A program made the translations under genes and the position numbers. From assembly GCA_038207335.1 (NCBI GenBank), contig JBBQZX010000005.1, forward strand, positions 162,439-226,438: a stretch of 64,000 nucleotides of DNA, given 5' to 3'. Of this stretch, positions 19,299 through 27,388 are shown piece by piece (position 1 is the stretch's first letter; each line of letters begins with the position of its first letter). This DNA is from Chthoniobacterales bacterium (lineage in GTDB: Bacteria > Verrucomicrobiota > Verrucomicrobiia > Chthoniobacterales > Chthoniobacteraceae). Below the pieces are notes generated by a model. That model saw nothing but the letters and a program-made list of their open reading frames with translations. It was not told where the DNA came from and searched no databases.

Positions 19299-19913
19299 AT
19301 GATGGCTGAACCCGGCTCAGAGCCGACTGCGCGCGATGCCGTTTCCGGCGGAGGCAGCTCCGATGCAGCAGGTTTCGAGCGGCTCGTGGAGGAGCATTAC
19401 CAGCCTGCTTACCGCTTCGCATACAGCCTCAGCGGGAATCACGACGACGCGTGCGACATCACGCAGCAGGCGTTTTATCTCGCGCAGACCCGCGCTCATC
19501 AGCTCCGCGATGAGTCGAAGCGAAAGCAGTGGCTCTTTACGATTCTGCATCGCGAATTTCTCCGGCTCCGCCGCCGTGCGACCGCACACCCGCAAACTTC
19601 GCTGGAATTTTCCGAGCACGAGTTGCCTCCCATCACCGTCGATCATGCGACCAGCCTCGATGCCAAGATGCTGCTCCGCGTGCTCCAGTCGCTGGAGGAA
19701 AAATTTCGCATGCCACTCATCCTCTTTTATCTCGATCAGCTCTCCTACAAGGAAATCGCTGCGACGCTCGATGTGCCGATTGGCACCGTGATGTCGCGGA
19801 TTGCGCGCGGGAAGCAGGCTTTGCGGCAGCGAATGGAGCACGCTCGGCGCGCCGATGTGGAGAAAATCGTGCCGATTCGCACATCCAACCCAAGTGGAGG
19901 CACCGGTGGATAA
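19299..19913 (+). CDS. ECF RNA polymerase sigma factor
   Basis: DACDITQQAF, WLFTI, and SYKEIA...GTVMSRIARG regions 2 and 4. Confidence 0.92.
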   Translation: MMAEPGSEPTARDAVSGGGSSDAAGFERLVEEHYQPAYRFAYSLSGNHDDACDITQQAFYLAQTRAHQLRDESKRKQWLFTILHREFLRLRRRATAHPQTSLEFSEHELPPITVDHATSLDAKMLLRVLQSLEEKFRMPLILFYLDQLSYKEIAATLDVPIGTVMSRIARGKQALRQRMEHARRADVEKIVPIRTSNPSGGTGG

Positions 19914-20640
19914 GGAGACGGCGAAGGTGCTGTTGCAATCGTATCGGAAAGCCGACGCCGCCGATCCGATTTTCGTCGTGGCGCTGCGCGAAGCCGCAGC
20001 GGACCCGGAGCTTGCGTCGTGGTTCGAGGAGTCGCAGCGCTTCGATGCGGTGATCGGCGCGAAGATGGCGGACATCGTCGTGCCGGCGGATGTGAAAGAT
20101 CGCATTCTGCGCGGACCGAATGCTGTGCCGCAGCGGCGCTCGCTTTTCAAAACGATCGGCGCGATTGCGGCGATCCTCGTGTTGGGGCTGATTTGCTGGC
20201 GCATCGCCCTGCCTCCGGCGGCACCGCCGATCGACGCGTTCGCGCTGCAGGCGATCAATTACACCGAGAAGATGCCGGCGCTGCAGTTCGTTTGTTTCAA
20301 TGCAGCGGAGGTCGCGAAGTGGATCAACGAACAGCCGGGCGCGAAGCAGATTGGCCTGACGCTGCCGAAGCCGGACGCATCTTTTTCCATGAAGCTCATG
20401 GGGTCGAGCATGGTCGATTGGAATGGGAAACCGGTCGTCATGGTTTGCCTGCAAAATGGCGAGCGCATGGCGATGCTCTACATCCTGAAAGACGATCCGG
20501 ATGCGTCCATGCCGGATGGGATGACGCGGACTTTGCAGCGTGAGGATTGGGTCGTGCGGGAGACGAAAGCGGACGGCCAAGTGCGGCTGCTGACGACGAA
20601 GGGCGGGCCGGAGGATTTGAATTTCATCACGCCGCTGTAG
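19906..20640 (+). CDS. Putative single-pass anti-sigma factor
   Basis: Overlaps the sigma stop; N-terminal helical domain, one TM helix, periplasmic domain with two Cys. Confidence 0.7.
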   Translation: MDKETAKVLLQSYRKADAADPIFVVALREAAADPELASWFEESQRFDAVIGAKMADIVVPADVKDRILRGPNAVPQRRSLFKTIGAIAAILVLGLICWRIALPPAAPPIDAFALQAINYTEKMPALQFVCFNAAEVAKWINEQPGAKQIGLTLPKPDASFSMKLMGSSMVDWNGKPVVMVCLQNGERMAMLYILKDDPDASMPDGMTRTLQREDWVVRETKADGQVRLLTTKGGPEDLNFITPL

Positions 20641-20692
20641 CCGGGATCGCTGATCCCCATCTGGCCCGGCGGGATCAGCGATCCCGGCTACA
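20636..20692. repeat. GTAG-type REP doublet
   Basis: TGTAGCCGGGATCGCTGATCCC ... GGGATCAGCGATCCCGGCTACA perfect inverted repeat; supplies the upstream gene's TAG stop. Confidence 0.9.
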
Positions 20693-20740
20693 ACTTCTTG
20701 CGCGTGCTAGGCGCTGCGGGAGATACTGCGCGCGAAATCT

Positions 20741-22810
20741 ATGCGCCTTTTAATCGCCGCTCTCGCTGCCGTTTCGCTTCCACTTTTTGCGCAGGAAATT
20801 ACCGTGAAAGCGCCGCCGCTGCCGGAGATGGCGGCGAAGTCGGGTGAGGGCCTCACGCTGACCTTTTCGGCCGGTGGGAAGTCTGACACGCGGGCTGCGA
20901 GACTAGTGGCGCTCTACGTTCCGGCGGGGCAGGCTGTCACGCCGTTCCTGCCGGCGGGCGCGTTCACGGCGAAGTGGGATGGGGAGATTCAGTCCCCCTT
21001 GCGTGCGGATTGCACGCTCATCGCGGAGGTGCGGGGCAGCATGAAAATGACGCTCAATGGCGAACCGCTGCTGGAAGGCGCGGGGGACGATACGGCGCAC
21101 ACAGTCAGCAAACCGGTGCGGTTGAACAAGGGCGGCAATGCCTTCACCGTCGAGTTCGCGAGCGATGGGAAAGCGGACGCGAGTTTGCAGTTGAAGTGGT
21201 CGTCGAAAGAGTTCGCGCCGGAGCCTGTGCCGCCGCGCGTGTTTACCCATGCGCTCGCGGGGGCGGAGTTGCGCGAAGGGACGCGGGTGAGGGAGGGGCG
21301 GATGCTTTTCGCGCAGCTTCGATGCTCGGCGTGCCATGCGGATGCGGCGTTGATCCCGCCGCGTGGCGAGGGGATGCCGGAGCTGGCTCAGGATGCGCCG
21401 GCTTTTGTGGAGCTGGGGGGTAAATTCAACGAAGCGTGGCTTGCGCACTGGATCAGCGATCCGCACTCGATCCGACCTCGCGCGCTGATGCCGCGCGTAT
21501 TTCCCGGGGAGCCCGGCGAGGTCGATCATCGCGCGGCGGACCTCGCGGCTTTTCTCGTCTCCACCGGCACTCGGGACGACTCGCCCATCGCCGAGGACGC
21601 CGCGCCCGCGGGCGGCGCACTATTCGCAAATCTCGGCTGCATCGCGTGCCACACAACGCCCGATTTTACCGGTGACGACGAGCATGGCCGCACGCCGCTC
21701 TCGCACCTGAAGGCCAAGTGGCAGCCCGCCGCGTTGCGCGCGTATCTCAAGGAGCCCGCGAAGAATTTCGCCTGGACGCACATGCCGAATTTCCGCCTGA
21801 GCGACGCCGAGACGGCCAGCCTCGCGGCGTTTCTGCTCTCGGGCACGCAGCGTGAATTTCCGCCCGGACCGAAAGGCGACGTGACGCGCGGGGCGCAGCT
21901 CCTCGTGTCGAGCGGTTGCCTGAACTGCCACGCCGGACTTCCGCCCACCACGCAGCCGACTCTCGCGGCGACGCTGGCGGGCGGGTGGGTGAAAGGATGC
22001 CTCTCGCCGGACGCGGCCGCTCGCGGGAATGCGCCGGATTTCGCGCTCGCGCCGGGACAGAGGGAAGCGCTCATCGCCTTTGCGGCGCGTGGCTTCGGTT
22101 CGCTGAAGCAGGACGCGCCGGTGGAATTTGCCGAGCGCCAAATGGCGAACATGCGCTGCACCGCCTGCCACGCGCGCGATGGCGTGCTGAGCACCTGGTC
22201 GGAGCTCGATGGCGAGATGTCCGCGCTCCAGGCAGGCGCGCCGCAGCCGGAGGGCGAGGGGATCGCGATCGCGGGAGCGCTGGCGCCGATCTCGACTTGG
22301 TTTGGGGAAAAATTGCGGCCCGTGTGGGAGGCGGATTTCATTGCCGGACATGGGAAATACAAGCCGCGGCCGTGGATCGTCGCGCGAATGCCGGGCTTCG
22401 AGACGGTGGGAAAAGGAATCGCCGAAGGGCTGGCGCTGGAGCACGGGCTGCCGGGCGTGCCCGAGCCGGAGAAGGCCGTGGATGCAGCGATCGCAGCCGA
22501 TGGGGAGAAGCTGCTGGGCGAAAATGGCGGGTTCAATTGCACGACCTGCCACGGCATCGGCGCGCGGCTTCCGACTGCGGTCTTCGAGGCGCCAGGGATC
22601 GATCTGGCATACGCTTCGGAGCGTCTGCGACCGGGATATTACCACCGGTGGGTGCTGAATCCGCTGCGGATCGACCCGGAGACGAAGATGCCGAAATTCG
22701 CGGATGAAGAGGGGAAGACGCCGTTGACGGATTTTTTCGACGGCGATGCTGGGAAGCAGTACGAGGCGATCTGGCAATACCTGCGGACGCAGGGGAGCGG
22801 CGGGCACTGA
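20741..22810 (+). CDS. Secreted multiheme cytochrome c with a PA14-like N-terminal domain
   Basis: Signal peptide; five CxxCH motifs (CSACH, CIACH, CLNCH, CTACH, CTTCH) with MP ligand motifs. Confidence 0.88.
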   Translation: MRLLIAALAAVSLPLFAQEITVKAPPLPEMAAKSGEGLTLTFSAGGKSDTRAARLVALYVPAGQAVTPFLPAGAFTAKWDGEIQSPLRADCTLIAEVRGSMKMTLNGEPLLEGAGDDTAHTVSKPVRLNKGGNAFTVEFASDGKADASLQLKWSSKEFAPEPVPPRVFTHALAGAELREGTRVREGRMLFAQLRCSACHADAALIPPRGEGMPELAQDAPAFVELGGKFNEAWLAHWISDPHSIRPRALMPRVFPGEPGEVDHRAADLAAFLVSTGTRDDSPIAEDAAPAGGALFANLGCIACHTTPDFTGDDEHGRTPLSHLKAKWQPAALRAYLKEPAKNFAWTHMPNFRLSDAETASLAAFLLSGTQREFPPGPKGDVTRGAQLLVSSGCLNCHAGLPPTTQPTLAATLAGGWVKGCLSPDAAARGNAPDFALAPGQREALIAFAARGFGSLKQDAPVEFAERQMANMRCTACHARDGVLSTWSELDGEMSALQAGAPQPEGEGIAIAGALAPISTWFGEKLRPVWEADFIAGHGKYKPRPWIVARMPGFETVGKGIAEGLALEHGLPGVPEPEKAVDAAIAADGEKLLGENGGFNCTTCHGIGARLPTAVFEAPGIDLAYASERLRPGYYHRWVLNPLRIDPETKMPKFADEEGKTPLTDFFDGDAGKQYEAIWQYLRTQGSGGH

Positions 22811-22850
22811 CCCTTGCAACGGCGCTGGCTGTAACCAGGATCGCAGCCCG

Positions 22851-23067
22851 AACGCCAACGGCGTTCCATCATCCTGCCCAGGGTTGCGCGTCCCCGCGCT
22901 ACATTGGGTCACCGGCGACACCGAGGCCGAACCCTGAAAGGGTTACATCGCAACCATCCGCGCCCACGAAATTCAACCCTTTCAGGGTTGAGGCGATCGT
23001 TTGCACAAATACCCAGGGTAGCTCGAGTTCGCTCGGAACCCGGCTGGTTGATGGAACGCCGTTGGCG
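22851..23067. repeat. Nested inverted-repeat element (MITE/REP-like)
   Basis: Outer AACGCCAACGGCGTT / AACGCCGTTGGCG, middle CCCAGGGT.GC, inner AACCCTGAAAGGGTT / AACCCTTTCAGGGTT. Confidence 0.85.
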
Positions 23068-23150
23068 CTCGTGAACCGCACCCGCGAGCGCCTTTCCCTC
23101 CCTCGCGCCGAAGAACGGGGGAGGACTGAGGTGGAAAACTGGAAACGCGC

Positions 23151-24281
23151 TTAGGTGATGGCGGGTTTTTCTTCGCCGTGCTCGAGGTCGTCGATGGCTT
23201 GGTGCTTTTCGACGGTGTCGGGCTCGAGGAGGGGCCGCAGCCAGATGCGTTCGATGATGGGGTAGGAGGCGACGATGGGGAGGATGGCGATGGCGCCGGT
23301 GACGCCAGTGAGGAGGGCGCCGGCGAGGCAGGAGACGAGGACGGTGAGGGTGGAGAGGCGCAGGCGATTGCCGTAAACCTTCGGCACGATGAAGTAGTTC
23401 TCGATGAGGTGGTAGGCGAGGTATAGGGCGAGGACTAGGAAGGCGGTGCCGGGGGCGACGGTGAGGGCGACGGCCATGGCCGGGAGCACGGCGAGGAAGA
23501 AGCCGATGATGGGGAGGATATCGAAGATGCCGGCCATGACGGCCAGGAGGAGGCCATTGGGCACTTTCAGCCACCAGAGCATGCCGAATACGAAGCTGGC
23601 GCGGATGAGGGAGGTGATGAGCTGACCGGTCATGTAGCTGGAGACGACTTTGGTGATCTCGGGCGCGGCTTCCGCGACTTTGCGGCGCTGGCGCCGCGGC
23701 AGAAAGGCGCTCAGCCAGCCGTAAACGCGCTCGCCATCGGCGGTGAAGTAAACGGCGACGACGAGGACGACGAGGAATTTGGCGATTCCTTGGAGGGCCA
23801 TTTTCCCCCACGCCACGAAGCTGTCCATGAGCGGCTTCGGGTCGGTGAAGGCGGGGGAGTCCATGAGCCGGGTCGCCACGCCCCGCAAGCCGTCGCCGGT
23901 GACGTTGGAGATGAGGTTCGTTTTGAAGGCGGGAAGATTTTGGATGACGGCGGTGACCTGGCTGGCCAGGGCGGGAATGAGGATGCCGACGAAGAAAAGC
24001 ACGAAGCCCCCCACGAGCAGGGCCGCGAGGAGGACGCCGAGCCAGCGCGGACCGCCGAGGGCGACGGTCCCGCGAACGATGGGCCAGAGGGTGAGGGCGA
24101 TGAGGAGCCCGAGGAGGAGGAGTTCGCAGAGAGGCCAGAGCTTCCAAGCGATCATGGCCAAGAGAATGGCGGTCGCGATTTTCCCCAAAGCGCCCCAAGA
24201 AACAGTGATGCTGGTTTTGACCTCCCGCGGACGGGGGGCACTCGTCAGCAGGGATGGACTGGTGGGGTATTCCTCGGGCAT
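23151..24281 (-). CDS. AI-2E family transporter
   Basis: Multiple TM segments; YMTGQL, ILPIIG and IENYFIVPKVYG motifs. Confidence 0.88.
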   Translation of the reverse strand: MPEEYPTSPSLLTSAPRPREVKTSITVSWGALGKIATAILLAMIAWKLWPLCELLLLGLLIALTLWPIVRGTVALGGPRWLGVLLAALLVGGFVLFFVGILIPALASQVTAVIQNLPAFKTNLISNVTGDGLRGVATRLMDSPAFTDPKPLMDSFVAWGKMALQGIAKFLVVLVVAVYFTADGERVYGWLSAFLPRRQRRKVAEAAPEITKVVSSYMTGQLITSLIRASFVFGMLWWLKVPNGLLLAVMAGIFDILPIIGFFLAVLPAMAVALTVAPGTAFLVLALYLAYHLIENYFIVPKVYGNRLRLSTLTVLVSCLAGALLTGVTGAIAILPIVASYPIIERIWLRPLLEPDTVEKHQAIDDLEHGEEKPAIT

Positions 24282-24465
24282 GGGAAGAGGAGGTGGTGCG
24301 GGTAAGGCGCGGGTGACCGAGCCCAGGCTGGAACGCCAGACTCGTGCCGATTCGCTCGCGGCTTTCCGTGTGACCGTGGGTCGTCGGCGGAGTGGTGGGT
24401 AAGGGTGGCCGGTGGCGGGGCTCATCGGAGCGGTGCGACGGCCGCAAGCACTCGACGGTGGCACC

Positions 24466-24496
24466 AAAAAAGCCGCCCGGGTTTCGCGGGGCGGCT
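24466..24496 (-). terminator. Rho-independent terminator after the response regulator
   Basis: AGCCGCCC/GGGCGGCT stem followed by a T-run on the minus strand. Confidence 0.6.
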
Positions 24497-24500
24497 GGAT

Positions 24501-24560
24501 TTGTAGGGCGGCCATTTTGGCCGCCGGGGCGGGTCGGCGGCGAAGATCGCCGCCCTACAA
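24501..24560. repeat. GTAG-type REP doublet
   Basis: TTGTAGGGCGGCCATTTTGGCCGCC ... GGCGGCGAAGATCGCCGCCCTACAA. Confidence 0.85.
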
Positions 24561-24610
24561 CTTCATCGGACGCCCCTAGCAGGCGCGGGCATTTTCACGC
24601 TGGGGCGATT

Positions 24611-25240
24611 TTATACGCCGAGGTGGATGAGGCCGCGCTGGACGGCGACGATGGCGGCTTGGGTGCGGTCGGCGACGCCGAGTTTGGCGAGGGTGTTGGA
24701 GATGTGGAGTTTGACGGTGGCTTCGGACATGTGGAGGGCGGGGGCGATTTCTTTGTTGCTGAGGCCGGCGACGATGTGGCGGAGGACTTGGTGTTCGCGG
24801 GGGGTGAGGGTGTGGCGGGCGCTGCGGGCGGCGAGTTTGGCGGCGATGGCGGGGGGGAAGTAGGTGTCGCCGGCGATGACGTGGCGGATGGCTTCGAGGA
24901 TGTCTTCGACTTCGGCGGATTTGAGGACGTAGCCGGAGGCGCCGGCCTGGACTGCGCGGGAGATGTCTTCTTCGCCCTCGAAGACGGAGAGGACGACGAT
25001 GCGGGCGTCGGGGAATTCGGCGCGGAGGCGGGTGATGGTCTGGGCGCCGTCTTCGCCGGGCATTTGGAAGTCCATGGTGACGATGTCGGGGCGGTGCTGG
25101 CGGTAGGCGTCGAGGGCTTGGGCGCCGTTGCCGGCTTCGGCGACGAGGGTCATGTCGCGCTCGCCGGCGATGGCTTCGGCGAGGCCGAGGCGCATCATGG
25201 CGTGGTCGTCGACGATGAGGACGCGGATTTTACGTTTCAT
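24611..25240 (-). CDS. NarL/LuxR family response regulator
   Basis: IVDDH and MDFQMP receiver motifs; LTPRE...GLSNKEIA...TVKLH HTH. Confidence 0.95.
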   Translation of the reverse strand: MKRKIRVLIVDDHAMMRLGLAEAIAGERDMTLVAEAGNGAQALDAYRQHRPDIVTMDFQMPGEDGAQTITRLRAEFPDARIVVLSVFEGEEDISRAVQAGASGYVLKSAEVEDILEAIRHVIAGDTYFPPAIAAKLAARSARHTLTPREHQVLRHIVAGLSNKEIAPALHMSEATVKLHISNTLAKLGVADRTQAAIVAVQRGLIHLGV

Positions 25241-27264
25241 GAAGGGGTGGTGCCGGGTGGTGTGGGTACGGTGACGCGGACTGTGGTGCCGTTGCCGGGG
25301 GTGCTTTGGAGGTGGAGTTTGGCGTGGAGTTTCCCGGCGCGCTCGTGGATGCCGAGGATGCCGAAGTGGCCGCGGGGGGCGGTGGCGGTGGTGTCGAAGC
25401 CGCGGCCGTCATCGCGTGTCTCGAGGGTGATGGTGTGGGGGGTGTAGGTGAGGGTGACGTGGATGTGCGTGGGGGAGGCGTGGCGGGCGGCGTTGGCGAC
25501 GGTCTCGTGGGCGATGCGGAGGAGATGGATTTCGACGGGGCCGGAGAGCGGGTGGGGCACGCCGAGGACTTCGATTTTCAAGATGGCTCCGCACTCGGCG
25601 GCGAGGGGGGTGAGGAATTCGTGGAGTGCGCCGTGGAGGCCGCGCTGCTCGAGGGCGACGCTGCGGAGGTCGCGGATGGAGGTGCGGGCCTCCTCGCGGC
25701 AGTGGCGGAGCATGCGCTCGGCGAGGTCGAGGGCGGTGGCGGCGTGCTCGGGGGTGTGGGCGAGGCGGTGTCGGGCGTTGCGGAGCTGGAGGGAGACGCC
25801 GGCGAGCTCCTGCTCGATGGTGTCGTGGAGCTCGCGGGCGATACGCTGGCGTTCGTCTTTGACGGCGGCGCGCTGGATTTGGGTGCCGATGATCTGGGTC
25901 TGGACGGTGACGCGGCGGCGAAGGAGTGCGGCCCATGCGAGGGCGGCGCAGGCGAGGGCGCCGACGGCTGCGAGGGCCCGGAGGAGGCGGCTGAGGGTCC
26001 ACCAGGGGGCGCGCTGGAGGATGGCGATGTCGTCGGGACTGCGGAGGTGGAGGCGGAAGCCGTCGGCGTTTTTTCCGAAGGGAAGCACCTGGGAGGTGGT
26101 GAGGTCGCAGATGCCGGTGAGGCGGAGGTGGTCGTCGGGGCTGAGGCTGTCGGGAGGCGCGGTGCCGGCGGGGAGGAGGGCCTCGAAGAACCACGAACCG
26201 GTGCGGCACTGGAGGATGGTGTCTGCGGTGGGGCCGGTGCGGAGGGCGAGGAGGGTGGCGTCGAGGAAGACGAGTTCGGATTGCTGGGGGACGATATTTT
26301 CGCCGGAGAGGTCGAGGGGGACGGGCTCGGGCGGCGGGCCGGTATCGAGGACGGTGATGCGGGTGGCGCGGAGGATGGGGCGGAAGGGTGCGACGGCGGC
26401 GAAGCCTTCGGCCTCGATGTTCACGCCGGGTGTGAGGGCTTCGGTGGAGGCTGCGCGGATGAGGATGCTGCCACTTTTACCCCGCACGTAGAGGGTGTCG
26501 CCGGATGCGTGGGTGACGATGCCGCGGATGCGGACGCGGGTGCGGGAGGTGGCGTCGCTGCGGAGGAGTTCGTTGATGGCGCGAAGGGGCGGGGCGGTGT
26601 CGGGCGTGGGGGTTTCGGCGGGGATGATGTCGGCGAAGGAGGGGACGAAGAAGTGGCGGCCGGTGAGCTGGCGCTGGGAGTTGAAGACGCTGCCGAGGAC
26701 GCCGCGGATGGTGACGGGCTGTTGCATGAGGGCGGCGGCGCGTTCGTGTGCGCGCGGGTCGGGCGGGAGGAGGAGCTTGACGGTGTAGCCGGAGATTTCG
26801 GCGACGAGGACGAGGGCGGCGGGGTCATCGATGCCGGTGATGACGCCGGGAAGCTGGACCCACTGGCAGTCGAGGGAGGGGGAGAAAAGTTCGGCGGGGT
26901 CGATGCGGCGCGGCGCGGGGATGGGGACGGTGCCGAGGATCGCGACGGTGCGGGCGGCGATGATCGGGAGGAAGCCGCCGGGCGCGGTGACGCCGGCGAT
27001 GCGGAGGCGCGCGCCGGTCGCGATGTCCGCGCCTTCGCCGGGTGGGAGGGAGATGTAGATGCCCTCGCGGCCGTCATCGGCGATGAGGACGGGCTGGGTG
27101 GGATTGCGAAAAGTGACGGTGGCCTCAATGGCGACGGGCACGGCGGCGGCGGCTTCCTCGGGCGAAAGGGCGCGGATGCGGGCGATGGAATCGAGCGTCT
27201 CGGCAGCGCCCGCGAGGCTCGCGGCGAGGAGGAGAGCGATGAAGAGAAAGGCGGTGCGAGGCAC
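25237..27264 (-). CDS. Sensor histidine kinase (HisKA_3) with a large extracytoplasmic domain
   Basis: Signal peptide, TM helix after PWWT, ERQRIARELHD, DDGRGF and GHFGILG motifs; ATGA overlap with the regulator. Confidence 0.93.
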   Translation of the reverse strand: MPRTAFLFIALLLAASLAGAAETLDSIARIRALSPEEAAAAVPVAIEATVTFRNPTQPVLIADDGREGIYISLPPGEGADIATGARLRIAGVTAPGGFLPIIAARTVAILGTVPIPAPRRIDPAELFSPSLDCQWVQLPGVITGIDDPAALVLVAEISGYTVKLLLPPDPRAHERAAALMQQPVTIRGVLGSVFNSQRQLTGRHFFVPSFADIIPAETPTPDTAPPLRAINELLRSDATSRTRVRIRGIVTHASGDTLYVRGKSGSILIRAASTEALTPGVNIEAEGFAAVAPFRPILRATRITVLDTGPPPEPVPLDLSGENIVPQQSELVFLDATLLALRTGPTADTILQCRTGSWFFEALLPAGTAPPDSLSPDDHLRLTGICDLTTSQVLPFGKNADGFRLHLRSPDDIAILQRAPWWTLSRLLRALAAVGALACAALAWAALLRRRVTVQTQIIGTQIQRAAVKDERQRIARELHDTIEQELAGVSLQLRNARHRLAHTPEHAATALDLAERMLRHCREEARTSIRDLRSVALEQRGLHGALHEFLTPLAAECGAILKIEVLGVPHPLSGPVEIHLLRIAHETVANAARHASPTHIHVTLTYTPHTITLETRDDGRGFDTTATAPRGHFGILGIHERAGKLHAKLHLQSTPGNGTTVRVTVPTPPGTTPS

Positions 27265-27307
27265 TGGGACGAGCGCGGACTTTAGCGCAGCGAGGCGGGA
27301 TGAGAAT

Positions 27308-27321
27308 TAGCCATTTGGCTA
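27308..27321. promoter_or_regulatory. Candidate response-regulator binding palindrome
   Basis: TAGCCA-TT-TGGCTA perfect 6-2-6 inverted repeat in the divergent kinase/PEP-CTERM intergenic region. Confidence 0.5.
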
Positions 27322-27388
27322 GGTATGCGGCGGGTGGGGACGGGCGAATGATGCGAGAGCGATTCGAGGCCCCCTGAATCCCGCAACC

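Noticed and set aside
24392..27285. Long plus-strand ORFs (351 and 659 aa)
   Set aside because: Antisense shadows of the regulator and kinase genes caused by high GC and strong skew.
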